From a bacterium (GTDB lineage Bacteria > UBA8248), in NCBI GenBank assembly GCA_965200245.1, contig CBDATS010000005.1, positions 288,001 through 352,000 of the forward strand: 64,000 nucleotides of DNA, given 5' to 3'. The position numbers and the translations under genes are program-made. Shown one piece after another: positions 40,033 to 50,704 of the stretch; within the stretch, counting starts at the first letter, position 1; the number at the start of each line of letters is the position of its first letter. The notes beneath the pieces were generated by a model, which was not told the DNA's origin, made no database searches, and was given only the letters and a program-made list of their open reading frames with translations.

Positions 40033-40767
40033 TCAGTTCTTCTTGCCCTCGACGCCCTCGGCCACCTTCTCCATGAACTCCTCGTTGTCGAACACCCAAC
40101 CCAGGCAGCGCATCACGTTCTGCATACCGAAGACGTGCAAATCCGGCCCGTACATACTCGCCACGCAATCGGAGAGCATTACCACCCGATAGTCGTAGTT
40201 GAAGGCGGTAAAGGCCGTATTCAGAACACACGTGTTCGTGTTGATTCCCATGAGGCACACGTTTTTCGTGCCCAAAGAGTCGAGAAGCATCTGAAGGTCT
40301 GTTCCCATGAAGCAGTCGAGGCGTTTTTTGTTGTCGATGACGTAGTCACCCTCCTCCACAAGGGAGGGAATCATCTCCGTCGTCACCTCGCCCATGATGT
40401 TGTGATCGTTCACCGTGCTTTTTCGGCCAAGCGTGAGGCGGTTCTTTTCATCCTGGATGTCGTGGAGTGCCTTCCAGAAATGAACCCTCATGCCCTCGCT
40501 TCCGAGACCTGGAATTTTCCGGAAAACGAGCTTCACGTGGACGACAGGAATACCGTGGTTTCTGGCGAAACCGAGGAGTTCCCCAGCGTGCCTGATGACG
40601 CTCTCGCAGTCCTCATCACTCGCCGGCATGGTAGCGACTTCGGGGTCCAGGTGCCCCCGGTGCATGTCGATGGTAACGATGGTGGTTTCCTTCGGATCGA
40701 GCGAAATCATTTCTTTCAACTGATCTGTCATTTCGGAGCGATCGAGAATCTCTACTTGCGTGGCCAT
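40033..40767 (-). CDS. Isochorismatase-family cysteine hydrolase
   Basis: IDM, KKRLDCF, GINTNTCV. Confidence 0.85.
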   Translation of the reverse strand: MATQVEILDRSEMTDQLKEMISLDPKETTIVTIDMHRGHLDPEVATMPASDEDCESVIRHAGELLGFARNHGIPVVHVKLVFRKIPGLGSEGMRVHFWKALHDIQDEKNRLTLGRKSTVNDHNIMGEVTTEMIPSLVEEGDYVIDNKKRLDCFMGTDLQMLLDSLGTKNVCLMGINTNTCVLNTAFTAFNYDYRVVMLSDCVASMYGPDLHVFGMQNVMRCLGWVFDNEEFMEKVAEGVEGKKN

Positions 40768-41353
40768 GGCTTCACCCCTTTGCTCAAGAAATAGATGGTC
40801 GTGCTCCCTCTGGATCGTGGAAGCATAATACAAATCGCCGGACTTGAAAACGCGAGGACACGCAGGCCTCCAGGATGGGACCGCGTTCTGGCTGGTATCT
40901 CTTGCGTTCGGTAATACCATCGTTTTGGGGACATGGTGCGTTATTCAACCAGGGAATTACACACTTGAATCCGCAAGTCCCAATCCCTTTATATTGCGTA
41001 CCGGCCCCAATCACCCTTTGAACATCATGCAGACGGACATCACCGTCACTTCCGGAATTTGTGTGCGGAAGTCGTCATGACTCTTTCCTGCAAGACAGGG
41101 AACGTCTTTTGCACACAGGAGGAGGGGTCATAACGGCATCATTCTGGAAATATGGCTACTTCGGCCGCCGGTTTCCCGGGAGAAGAGGGGGACTATGGAC
41201 AGGGTTCCGAGAGTCTGTTTCTCAACAGAAAAACGTCAAAAATTACCTGCTTTCCCATCGGGACATCCCATACGCTGTTCATGATGACGATGCAAAAAGG
41301 CGAAAGCGTCGGGGCATCAAACCATACTCGTTACTCCAGGACAGGAGACCCAA

Positions 41354-41635
41354 GTGAAATCTCTTTCCGGGATGCGCGAGCACCTGATCGGGAAGGCAGG
41401 CGACAGTGAGGAGTTCCGTGCCCGTCTTATCTCCGAACCGAGGGCCGTGGTATCCGGGGAGTTCGGAATCGCGGTGCCGGAGACTTTCAACCTGCATGTG
41501 ATGGAAGACGACGCCGAAAACAGCTATCTCGTCCTTCCGCCTTCGCCCCGGCTCACCGAGGAAGAGCTGGAAGGCGCTCATGGCGCATATCTGGATGAGC
41601 CTGGGGACCGTATCTACGAAAAGGGAATTAGATAG
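41354..41635 (+). CDS. Nitrile-hydratase-like leader peptide (NHLP) RiPP precursor
   Basis: SD AGGAG + GTG; KAGDSEEFRARLISEPRAVV..EFG..VP....HV.ED....YLVLP....LTEEELEGAHGA followed by short core. Confidence 0.8.
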   Translation: MKSLSGMREHLIGKAGDSEEFRARLISEPRAVVSGEFGIAVPETFNLHVMEDDAENSYLVLPPSPRLTEEELEGAHGAYLDEPGDRIYEKGIR

Positions 41636-42284
41636 TGCCCCATTGAGTTACTGTCATATCCGGTGTATGGACTGAATGGAAGAAGGCGGCGCATACACTG
41701 GTTCTGGCAGTAATTCCGCCCGTGACGCAAAACGATACACCCGGAAACAAAAACAGGAACAACGAAACGGAGTGGATGGGTAACGATGAAGACCTTCGTG
41801 ACATTCGATATATATCCGAAGCTGAAATAATTTCCAAAGCGGCGAGAACCCGTTTCGGAAAATGCACGTCACTCAATGACCTAGAGATTATTTTACATCT
41901 TGCGAGCAATTGCTTTTCAGATGATTCGTACGAACAGGCAAGAAAATTCGCCCGTCGAGGGTAAGGTATCGGAGTATCCGTCGAACAAGCGTGGAAAATC
42001 GGAAGCTACGAGTAGCGATTAAAACGAAGCCAAGCCGGGAAAAAGTTTGCCGGCCATATCAAGAAACATCCTTTTGCAAGATATTCATCGCGTTTCTGGA
42101 ACTTGTCCTGCACGGATATCCCACCTTGGTCCGCGTGCATCAAAGTCTCTACGTCCTTGTCGGCGCCCTTATTCTGAAATTTCCGAACAAGCCCTTTCGT
42201 AACAACCGAAGACAAGTTTCAGAATCCAACGAAATCTCGTGATGAATTCTGGCAACAACTCATCCCGATCTTGCCCCCGCCAAC

Positions 42285-42312
42285 AAAAAAAGGCTCCCCA
42301 CCAGGGGAGCCT
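42285..42312 (-). terminator. Rho-independent terminator of sdh operon
   Basis: AGGCTCCCC-TGGT-GGGGAGCCT followed by T-run on minus strand. Confidence 0.8.
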
Positions 42313-42336
42313 CATGGGAACCGTGTTGCTTGAGTC

Positions 42337-43083
42337 CTAATCACCTCTCACGGTCGCGCGGATGAACTCGCGGTTCATCTTGGCGATGTGGCTGACGCTG
42401 ATGTCCTTGGGACACATGGCCTCGCACTCGGCATGGTTGGTGCAATTGCCGAAACCTTCGTCATCCATCCGGGCGACCATATCGAGCACCCTCTGCCCCC
42501 GCTCAGGTATGCCTTGGGGTAGATGCGCCAGATGGGAGACCTTCGCCGCCACGAAGAGCATCGCGGATCCGTTCGGGCAAGAAGCCGCGCAGGCACCGCA
42601 ACCGATGCAGGCGGCGGCGTCCATGGCCGCGTCCGCGTCGGGCTTTGGGATGGGGACAGCGTTGCCGTCGGGCGCACCGCCCGTGTTCGCTGAGATGAAA
42701 CCGCCCGCCTGGATGATGCGGTCGAACGATGTACGATCCACCACGAGGTCCCTGAGGACCGGGAAGGCACTCACCCGCCAGGGTTCGACAGTGATAGTGT
42801 CACCGTCCCTGAACTTTCTCATGTGAAGCTGGCAGGTGGTCGTTCCAGAGAAGCCCCCGTGCGCTTTGCCATTTATGACGAGCGAACACATGCCGCAAAT
42901 ACCCTCGCGACAATCATGATCGAAGGCGATGGGTTCCTTGCCCTCAATAATGAGGCGCTCGTTCGTTACGTCAAGCATTTCGAGGAAAGACATGTCCGGG
43001 ATGATGTCGCTTACCTGGTAGGTCTCGAATCTGCCCACCGAGCGAGCGTCCTTTTGCCGCCAAACCCTGAGGGTGAGGTTCAT
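42337..43083 (-). CDS. sdhB: Succinate dehydrogenase/fumarate reductase iron-sulfur subunit
   Basis: [25 protein letters not shown]...CP. Confidence 0.95.
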   Translation of the reverse strand: MNLTLRVWRQKDARSVGRFETYQVSDIIPDMSFLEMLDVTNERLIIEGKEPIAFDHDCREGICGMCSLVINGKAHGGFSGTTTCQLHMRKFRDGDTITVEPWRVSAFPVLRDLVVDRTSFDRIIQAGGFISANTGGAPDGNAVPIPKPDADAAMDAAACIGCGACAASCPNGSAMLFVAAKVSHLAHLPQGIPERGQRVLDMVARMDDEGFGNCTNHAECEAMCPKDISVSHIAKMNREFIRATVRGD

Positions 43084-45008
43084 TACTTGTAACTCCTCAC
43101 GCTGAATTCAACTTCTTCAAATTCGAGATTTTCCTTGTGCAGTGTCGGGCGCCCACCGTTGCCCGGCACCTCCCATGCACTCACGTGACTGAAATTCTCA
43201 TCGTCGCGAAGCGCTTCGCCCTCTTCTGTCTGATATTCTTCCCGGAAGTGTCCACCGCAGGATTCTTCCCGCACGAGCGCGTCGTAGCACATGAGTTCAG
43301 CGAATTCCAGGAAATCGGCCACGCGCAGCGCCTTTTCGAGTTCGGGGCTCAATTCATCGCCCTCGCCGGGCACGGAAACGTTCTGCCAGAACTCTTCCCT
43401 GAGCGCGGGAATCAGATCGAGAGCCTTCGTGAGGCTCTGCTCGGTGCGGGCCATCCCGCAGTAATCCCAGCAGATGAGACCCAACTCGCGGTGGAATGAA
43501 GTGACCGTGCGCTCGCCGTTGACCGAGAGCAATCTCCGGATTCTGTCCTTCACATTGTCGGCGGCTTCGTTGAATTCGGGGGAATCTGTGAAGTAATCAC
43601 CCGGTGTCTGGTTCGCAAGGTAGTTCCCCACGGTGTAGGGCGCGATGAAGTAGCCGTCCGCCAGTCCCTGCATGAGTGCACTTGCACCCAAGCGGTTCGC
43701 GCCGTGATCCGAGAAATTCGACTCACCGAGCACGAACAGGCCGGATATGTTGCTCATGAGGTTGTAGTCAACCCACAAACCACCCATGGTGTAGTGGATG
43801 GCCGCGTAGATACGCATGGGCATTTCGTAGGCATTCTCACCTGTTATCTTCTCGTACATGTCGAAGAGGTTGCCGTAGCGCTGCTTCACCGTGTCGAGTC
43901 CCAAACGCTTGATGGCGTCTGTGAAGTCGAGATAGACACCGAGGCCCGTTTCACCCACGCCGCGTCCCTCGTCGCATGCCCTTTTCGCCGCGCGCGAGGA
44001 GATGTCACGAGGTGCCAGGTTCCCGAAACTCGGGTACATGCGCTCGAGATAGTAGTCGCGCTGGCCTTCCGGTATCTCGGCAGGACCGCGCGGGTCACCT
44101 TCTTTCGTCGGCACCCAGATGCGGCCGTCGTTTCTCAGCGATTCGGACATGAGCGTGAGCTTCGACTGGTGATCCCCGGAAACCGGTATGCAGGTCGGGT
44201 GAATCTGCGTGTAACAGGGGTTCGCGAAATAGGCGCCCTTCATATACGCGCGTATCGAGGCGGTGACGTTGTTCCCCATGGCGTTCGTGGAAAGATAAAA
44301 GACGGGACCATACCCGCCCGTCGCCATGATGACCACATCCGCGGCGTGTTTTTCGATCTCTCCGGTCACGAGGTTTCTCGTGACAATGCCCTTCGCGTGC
44401 CCGTCGACCAAGACGATTTCCAGCATCTCGGTACGCGAGTGCATTTTCACCGTGCCCGCCGCTATCTGGCGGCTCAGAGCCGCATATACACCCAGGAGAA
44501 GTTGCTGGCCCGTCTGTCCCCTGGCGTAGAAGGTTCTCGACACCTGCGCGCCGCCGAAGGAGCGGTTCGCGAGTTGGCCGCCGTATTCGCGCGCGAAGGG
44601 CACGCCCATGGCAACACACTGGTCGATGATGTTCGCACTCACCTGCGCAAGGCGGTAGACATTCGCCTCGCGGGAGCGGAAATCACCCCCCTTGATGGTG
44701 TCGTAGAACAGCCTGTAGGTACTGTCGCCATCGTTCTGATAGTTCTTGGCGGCGTTGATTCCCCCCTGGGCCGCAATGGAGTGCGCCCGGCGGGGACTGT
44801 CCTGATAGCAGAAGCAATCCACGTTGTAGCCCAGTTCGCCGAGTGTGGCCGCCGCACCCCCTCCGGCCAGGCCCGAACCCACCACGATCACCTTGTAGCG
44901 GCGTCTGTTGGCCGGATTCACGAGTTTCATGTTGAAGCGGTGGTTGTCCCACTTTTCTGCCAGTGGACCGGCTGGGACGTTTCCGTTCAGGCTGCCGTTC
45001 GTATCCAT
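43083..45008 (-). CDS. sdhA: Succinate dehydrogenase/fumarate reductase flavoprotein subunit
   Basis: [32 protein letters not shown]. Confidence 0.95.
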   Translation of the reverse strand: MDTNGSLNGNVPAGPLAEKWDNHRFNMKLVNPANRRRYKVIVVGSGLAGGGAAATLGELGYNVDCFCYQDSPRRAHSIAAQGGINAAKNYQNDGDSTYRLFYDTIKGGDFRSREANVYRLAQVSANIIDQCVAMGVPFAREYGGQLANRSFGGAQVSRTFYARGQTGQQLLLGVYAALSRQIAAGTVKMHSRTEMLEIVLVDGHAKGIVTRNLVTGEIEKHAADVVIMATGGYGPVFYLSTNAMGNNVTASIRAYMKGAYFANPCYTQIHPTCIPVSGDHQSKLTLMSESLRNDGRIWVPTKEGDPRGPAEIPEGQRDYYLERMYPSFGNLAPRDISSRAAKRACDEGRGVGETGLGVYLDFTDAIKRLGLDTVKQRYGNLFDMYEKITGENAYEMPMRIYAAIHYTMGGLWVDYNLMSNISGLFVLGESNFSDHGANRLGASALMQGLADGYFIAPYTVGNYLANQTPGDYFTDSPEFNEAADNVKDRIRRLLSVNGERTVTSFHRELGLICWDYCGMARTEQSLTKALDLIPALREEFWQNVSVPGEGDELSPELEKALRVADFLEFAELMCYDALVREESCGGHFREEYQTEEGEALRDDENFSHVSAWEVPGNGGRPTLHKENLEFEEVEFSVRSYK

Positions 45009-45032
45009 ACCCTTCTCCTCACCAAGGGAGAA

Positions 45033-45710
45033 CTATTTCAACACGCCCGCCAATACGGCCAGGGGAATCGACATGAAGCCAACCGCGACGAGGACGCCAC
45101 TCCAGGGACCCAGCCGTTTGATGATGGGGTTGTAGGACGGATTGTTGATCCCGAGCGACTGGAACAGGCTCGTCACGCCGTGGCTCAGGTGAAGCCCCAG
45201 CAGGATCATCGACACCAGATACACGCCAGAGACCGCAACATTCCTGAATCCGAGTATCACCATACGGTATACGTCGTGGCGGCCCTGCGCGTCTTGCAAC
45301 TGGGCGAATTCGGGGTTCGTGGCGAAAAGCGTGAAATGAAGCAGATGGTAGGCGGCGAAGGCAAGCACTAACGCGCCCGTCAACACGATAGAACGCCCCG
45401 CATAGGTGACCACCGTGGATTGGGAAACTGCGTAGGCCTCGGGCCGCGCCGCGCGGTTCAGTCGCCAAAGGCGCAGTGCCGATCCGATGTGCACCAGGAA
45501 CACGGCCAGAAGCCCGATGCGCGCCACCCACAGCAAAGCGCCCAGATCCTTCAAACCCTTCGCGTAGGCGTTCGTCGCCTCGGCACCGGCGAACATCAGG
45601 AGGTTGCCGAGCAGGTGGCCGATGATGAACAAGACCAACAGGATCCCGGTGACAGCCATAGCTACTTTTGCGCCAATGGATGATTGAAGGACTTTCGCAA
45701 ACCGGCCCAT
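45033..45710 (-). CDS. sdhC: Succinate dehydrogenase cytochrome b subunit
   Basis: KVAMAVTG..L..F..GHL.GN, multiple TM His, HLSHG..SLFQSLG. Confidence 0.92.
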   Translation of the reverse strand: MGRFAKVLQSSIGAKVAMAVTGILLVLFIIGHLLGNLLMFAGAEATNAYAKGLKDLGALLWVARIGLLAVFLVHIGSALRLWRLNRAARPEAYAVSQSTVVTYAGRSIVLTGALVLAFAAYHLLHFTLFATNPEFAQLQDAQGRHDVYRMVILGFRNVAVSGVYLVSMILLGLHLSHGVTSLFQSLGINNPSYNPIIKRLGPWSGVLVAVGFMSIPLAVLAGVLK

Positions 45711-45921
45711 CAACTGCTCTCCCAAAAGCAAAAAATCTCGAAATCGAGAGGGTGGATTCGCCTAACCGGATGTGCAATGTATAGATTCGTGCACGCATGG
45801 TCAACCACATTTCGGAAAATCCCGTGCTTTCCCGAAATTCCTTCCAGAAACGTGGCCCGGCGGCGATTTTTGCGGTATTTTGGTTTTTCTGGATCATCCA
45901 TGAACCCACCCGGGAGGGGGC

Positions 45922-46956
45922 GTGAAGATGCTGAACGGTGACGTATTCGTATTCGACAACGTGGTGCACATGTACGACCTATCGGATGCTAACCTTGCCC
46001 GCCCGGACAGCCATCTTGATCGTCTCTGGCACCTGCGAATCGGCAAGGGAAGAAGGCCCAGGGGGCAGGAAAACTTGTACGCCGGCGGAGACCCCATCGG
46101 CGGATTCGCCAAAAAGTGGACGATCGAGGAACTCGGACAGCTCATGCTCGAGGATTCCGAGACCGACATGGCCATGGCACAGGCAGTCGTGCTCTACGAT
46201 GTCTACAAGGAGGGCTTCTCTCCCGTTCAGGCACAATATGAGTTCGCCAGCGCGCATAGCGAACGCGTTTTGTTCTGTGGCGGAGTGGACCCCAGATACC
46301 CGAGCGTTCAGGGTGCGATCGAGGAACTGGAACACCAGGTGACGGAGATGGGCGCGCGCTCGGTAAAATTCTATAATGCCCACATCGACGGGAACTCTTG
46401 GCGGTGCGACGACCCCGAACTCGCCTACCCGATTTACGAGAAAGGACGCGAACTTGGCATTAACGTGTTCCAGTACCACAAGGGCTTTCCCATCACCCGC
46501 GCGCGCCTGGAAGATTTGACGCCGCTCGACATCCAGCAGGCCGCGATGGATTTTCCCGATCTTACCTTCGCCATCCATCATCTTGCGCTCCCCTATTTCG
46601 AGGAGTGCGTCTGCATCGCGGCGCGTTTCGAGAACGTGGTGCTGGTTCTGTCGGGCACGATGCACCTACCCCTTATCGCGCCCTGGCAGTTCAAGGAGTA
46701 TATGGGCAGGTTGCTCAGGGATGTAGGCTCCGACCTTATCATCTGGGGGTCGGAAGCGCCCCTGCTGGGCAACCCCCAGCCGATGCTTGAATGGTTCTGG
46801 GAGATGGAGATAGACGAGGAACTCCAGGAGCGCTACGGCTATCCCCCCATCACGGAACAGGACAAGCGAAAGATACTTGGCGAGAACCAGGCGAGGCTCT
46901 TCGGAATCGACATGGAGGCGAAGAAAAAAGAACTCTCGCCAGCTACCCGAGATTGA
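45922..46956 (+). CDS. Amidohydrolase_2 family protein
   Basis: DNVVH, VKFY, YHKG, IHH, IWGSE, KILGEN.ARLF. Confidence 0.85.
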   Translation: MKMLNGDVFVFDNVVHMYDLSDANLARPDSHLDRLWHLRIGKGRRPRGQENLYAGGDPIGGFAKKWTIEELGQLMLEDSETDMAMAQAVVLYDVYKEGFSPVQAQYEFASAHSERVLFCGGVDPRYPSVQGAIEELEHQVTEMGARSVKFYNAHIDGNSWRCDDPELAYPIYEKGRELGINVFQYHKGFPITRARLEDLTPLDIQQAAMDFPDLTFAIHHLALPYFEECVCIAARFENVVLVLSGTMHLPLIAPWQFKEYMGRLLRDVGSDLIIWGSEAPLLGNPQPMLEWFWEMEIDEELQERYGYPPITEQDKRKILGENQARLFGIDMEAKKKELSPATRD

Positions 46957-47049
46957 CCCTTGTCGCTTTCTGAGCGAGGATGCGACAAGCTAAGAACAAT
47001 TACGTCAAACGCCTCCGGGCGAATCATGATAAGGAATGGAGGATTTCCC

Positions 47050-48180
47050 ATGCAGCCACCCTATGACGGTGCAAAACTCGACCGCCTCATGAGCGAGTCT
47101 GGCGTCGACATCGTTCTGGCTAACTCGCGGGAGAACGTGCGTTATCTGTGCGGCGGCTATTACTTCCACTTTCACGAGAGGTTCACGGCCATGGGACACG
47201 GCCAGTACATGGCACTGGCGGGCATCCCGCGCGGCGACGCCGGAAAAGCGTTTCTGATCGGCGGGAGCGGCGAACTCGGCCAGGCGCAGGACCAGAACCT
47301 CTGGATACCCGAACTCATTCCCTCGGGCAGGGTGCCTGCGCAAACCGCCAGGGACGCCGCGCACGCCATCGCAGAGCGTGGACTGGGGAGCGGCGTCATC
47401 GCTGTGGAAGAAAATTTTCTCCCCTCCTCCGCCAAGGATACGCTCATGAGTGCGTTACCGAACGCCACGTTCGTGGAGGCGCTACCGATTCTCGAGGAGC
47501 TTCGTGCCATCAAGACACCCGAGGAAATCGATATCTACCGGCGCATCTCCCAGGCGGACGCGGAAGCCATCCGCGAAGCGTTCGAGACCGCCGGGCCCAG
47601 TGCCACGACGCGCGACGTCGCCCACGCCGTGGAGCGCGGCATGACAAACAGGGGTCTGCACTTCCTGTGGGTCTTCGCCGCAGCGGGGCCGGGCATGTTG
47701 CGCGCGCCCTCGGAGAAGGTGTGGGAAAAGGGAGAAGTCCTGCACCTGGACGCGGGCGGATCTGAGTCCGACTACCTGACGGACATCTGCCGCATGGGCG
47801 TGCGTGGCGAACCGACACCGCTGGCGGATGAACTCTACAAAGCCTGCCTCGGCACGCAGGATCACGTGCGCGCGGAGATTCGTCCGGGCGCGGTCTGTGG
47901 CGACATATATGAGAAGGGCTGGAATTATCTCAAGGACACCGAGCACAGCGAATACGGCAACTTCATCATCCACGGCATCGGCATGGTCTCGCACGAACAG
48001 CCCTATTTCGGGCCCGGCGTGGAGAGAAAGCTCGAAGAGGGCATGGTGGTGTCGATAGAGACAGATATCCGCCATCTCGAGGTGGGCTACGTGAAGGTTG
48101 AAGACGCTGTGGCGGTAACGGCGAACGGTTACGAGCCACTCGGCGATCTGGGACGAGAGGACTGGGTGGTCGTTGAATGA
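47050..48180 (+). CDS. M24 (Xaa-Pro peptidase/creatinase-like) protein, paralog 1
   Basis: RAIKTPEEI, HLDAGG..YLTD, HGIG..HE, VSIE, KVED. Confidence 0.85.
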   Translation: MQPPYDGAKLDRLMSESGVDIVLANSRENVRYLCGGYYFHFHERFTAMGHGQYMALAGIPRGDAGKAFLIGGSGELGQAQDQNLWIPELIPSGRVPAQTARDAAHAIAERGLGSGVIAVEENFLPSSAKDTLMSALPNATFVEALPILEELRAIKTPEEIDIYRRISQADAEAIREAFETAGPSATTRDVAHAVERGMTNRGLHFLWVFAAAGPGMLRAPSEKVWEKGEVLHLDAGGSESDYLTDICRMGVRGEPTPLADELYKACLGTQDHVRAEIRPGAVCGDIYEKGWNYLKDTEHSEYGNFIIHGIGMVSHEQPYFGPGVERKLEEGMVVSIETDIRHLEVGYVKVEDAVAVTANGYEPLGDLGREDWVVVE

Positions 48181-49313
48181 TGAAGCCCAGCTACGATGAG
48201 GAGAAACTCGATCGCCTGATGGAAGAGGCGGGCGTCGATCTGATTCTGGCGCACACGCCTCACAACATCCGCTACCTGACGGGTGGCTACTACTTTCACT
48301 TCCGCGAAAGGGTGACCGCCATCGGGCCGAGCCAGTACCTGCCCTTTGTGGGGATTCCGCGGAGCAACCCCGAAAACGCCTTTCACGTGGCCTGGCAGGT
48401 CGAGGCCTCACCGCGCAACGAGACAGCCACCTGGATACCCGAGGTTATCTACACGAAAGCGCGCGGCACCGTAGGTGCTGCGGAGACGGCGGCCGAGGCC
48501 GTGAGGAAACGCGGGCTGAATGAGGGAACCATCGCCGTCGAGCGAGCCTTCATGCCTGTGGACGCGATGGAAACACTTGCACGCGAACTTCGCGGCGCTC
48601 GTTTCGTCGATTCCCTAGAGATCCTCGAAGAGCTTCGCGCCGTGAAGAGAGAAGACGAACTCGAGATATTCCGGCGCGCCGCGCTTGCGGATGCACAGGC
48701 CATCCAGGCGGGCTTCGAAGAGGGCGCACACGGCGTAACGACCCGGAGGATCGAGCAAAAGGTGGAGGAGGGAATGGTGCGTCGCGGGCTCCATTTCCAT
48801 TACGCCTTCACGGCGGCGGGACCGGGCATGCGGCGCGAGCCTTCGGATAAAATCTGGGAGAAAGGAGAGATCCTCCATATCGACGCGGGAGGTTCCGAGG
48901 CCGGCTACATGTCCGACATCTGCCGGATGGGCGTGCGGGGCAAACCCTCCCCTCTCGCTATAGATTTGCACAAGGCGTGCCTCCACACGGTAGACGCCTG
49001 CCGTGACGCCATCCACGCAGGCGCAAGTTGCGCCTCGGCGCACGAGCGGGGCAACCAAGCGTTTGCGGATACGGGCTATTCCGGCATGGGCATCTTCGAG
49101 GTCCACGGCATCGGCATGGTGCAGCAGGAGTTGCCGCGCTTCGGCCCCGGTGTGGAACGCGCGCTTGAGGCGGGCATGGTAGTATCGGTGGAATGCGATA
49201 TCCGCCACCCCGAGGTCGGCCACGTGAAGATTGAAGACGCCGTTGCCGTCACCGAAGACGGCTGCGAGGGACTCGGGGATCTTGGCAGGGATGCCTGGAC
49301 CCGCATAGACTGA
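48177..49313 (+). CDS. M24 protein, paralog 2
   Basis: HIDAGG..YMSD, HGIG..QE, VSVE, KIED; ATGA overlap. Confidence 0.85.
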   Translation: MMKPSYDEEKLDRLMEEAGVDLILAHTPHNIRYLTGGYYFHFRERVTAIGPSQYLPFVGIPRSNPENAFHVAWQVEASPRNETATWIPEVIYTKARGTVGAAETAAEAVRKRGLNEGTIAVERAFMPVDAMETLARELRGARFVDSLEILEELRAVKREDELEIFRRAALADAQAIQAGFEEGAHGVTTRRIEQKVEEGMVRRGLHFHYAFTAAGPGMRREPSDKIWEKGEILHIDAGGSEAGYMSDICRMGVRGKPSPLAIDLHKACLHTVDACRDAIHAGASCASAHERGNQAFADTGYSGMGIFEVHGIGMVQQELPRFGPGVERALEAGMVVSVECDIRHPEVGHVKIEDAVAVTEDGCEGLGDLGRDAWTRID

Positions 49314-49348
49314 CAGGAATCGATTCACAGAAACGGAGGAGAATTATT

Positions 49349-49933
49349 ATGCCGAGACCACCCAAGAGTTTCATGCGGCTTCAGCACGCCGCCGTCAAGG
49401 TACACGACATCGAGGCGGCCAAGGATTTCTACGTGAACACGCTGGGCTTCACCATTTCGGAGATTTACGAGCCTGGCACGGTGGGTGACTTCCCATTCGG
49501 CCTTTGCTTCATGCGGTGCACGGAGCTTCACCACGACATGAACCTCATCTTCTGGCCCGAGGGCGAAGGCCCCTCCCCGCCCGAAGGACGGACGTTCGAC
49601 ACGATACAGACGGGCCTGCACCATATCGCGTTCGAGGTAGAAGACCGCACGCAACTCGAATCCTGGGCATCCTACCTCGAAGAGAAGGGAATCGAAATCT
49701 TCTGGGGGCCTTCCATCCACAGCCCTACACACCCCGAAGGGGACGGCTTCTGGGGTGAGAACCACGCACTCTACATCGCGGACCCGTCGGGCAACTGCAT
49801 CGAGATATTCTGCGACATGGCCGTGATGAACCCCTACACGAACCGTGTGAACGAAGACTGGTTCCGGGACAGGCTCTCACGCGATGGTCACCCGCGCGAC
49901 GCGGCTGCACCCCCCGAAGCCTGGCGGCCATGA
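49349..49933 (+). CDS. VOC/glyoxalase family protein (extradiol dioxygenase-like)
   Basis: LQHAAV, HHD, GLHHIAF, DPSGNCIE. Confidence 0.85.
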   Translation: MPRPPKSFMRLQHAAVKVHDIEAAKDFYVNTLGFTISEIYEPGTVGDFPFGLCFMRCTELHHDMNLIFWPEGEGPSPPEGRTFDTIQTGLHHIAFEVEDRTQLESWASYLEEKGIEIFWGPSIHSPTHPEGDGFWGENHALYIADPSGNCIEIFCDMAVMNPYTNRVNEDWFRDRLSRDGHPRDAAAPPEAWRP

Positions 49934-50704
49934 ACCTGCCTGAATCACACAAGCCGCCAGGGAAGGAATCACAAAGCACGATGACGGCGATGTCCCCGCA
50001 TGCGCCGCATCCAGCCGCCGGGTTCTGGTTGACAAGACTCTGCCAGGCCAGAAATACCCCTCTTGCACGAAGGTGACGGGAGGAAAGTCATGGATTCCTC
50101 CAAAAGTGCGTCCGCGCGCGTCAGGGAACGCTATCCGCTTCGGTAAACCGCCTGTGAGAGTCACCACCGCCCTGGCACGGGCCGAGTACGAGTGCAGCCC
50201 GCCGGGAGTGGAGGCCGCCTGTTCGTCCTCCACCTTCGAGCCGTCCGGGTACAACGTATTCTACAGCCTTGATAAGGATGGCATGGACGAGACAGGCGGT
50301 GACCGCACCATCAGACTCTCCAGAAGAAATTATCAGGATGCTGACAATAATCCATAGTACCCCCAATAGATTCAATGACTCGGATGGATATTTTCGAATT
50401 CATTCATGGTCATGCTTGCTCTATTCAAATTATTGATATTGCTTATTTTATAGCTTTCTTTTCAGCTTTGCCCTGTAATTTCCGACAAACATGAGCGTAT
50501 CTCACCAGGATTCGGAACCGAAGCAAGTTTTCCGGGTCCCGTGTATTTGCCTGCACTTGTGCAGGGTCTCCGCGAAGTTCCGCTTCTCCGGAGTGGATTC
50601 GGTGGGCCGAAACTGCCCCTGACATTCGGGAAGGGCATTTTCGATTCCGGCGCAACGTGGTATATTCGGCGCATATCCACGCCGCTACGGGAGACGCGCC
50701 CTAC

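Noticed and set aside
41640-42280. Short ORFs downstream of the NHLP precursor as RiPP maturases
   Set aside because: All are under 100 aa with no radical SAM, YcaO, RRE or peptidase motifs
43704-45371. 555-aa plus-strand ORF
   Set aside because: Antisense shadow of sdhA/sdhC
50073-50357. Small ORF or possible frameshifted gene before aceE
   Set aside because: The SD-linked ATG frame stops after 18 codons and no homology is recognisable
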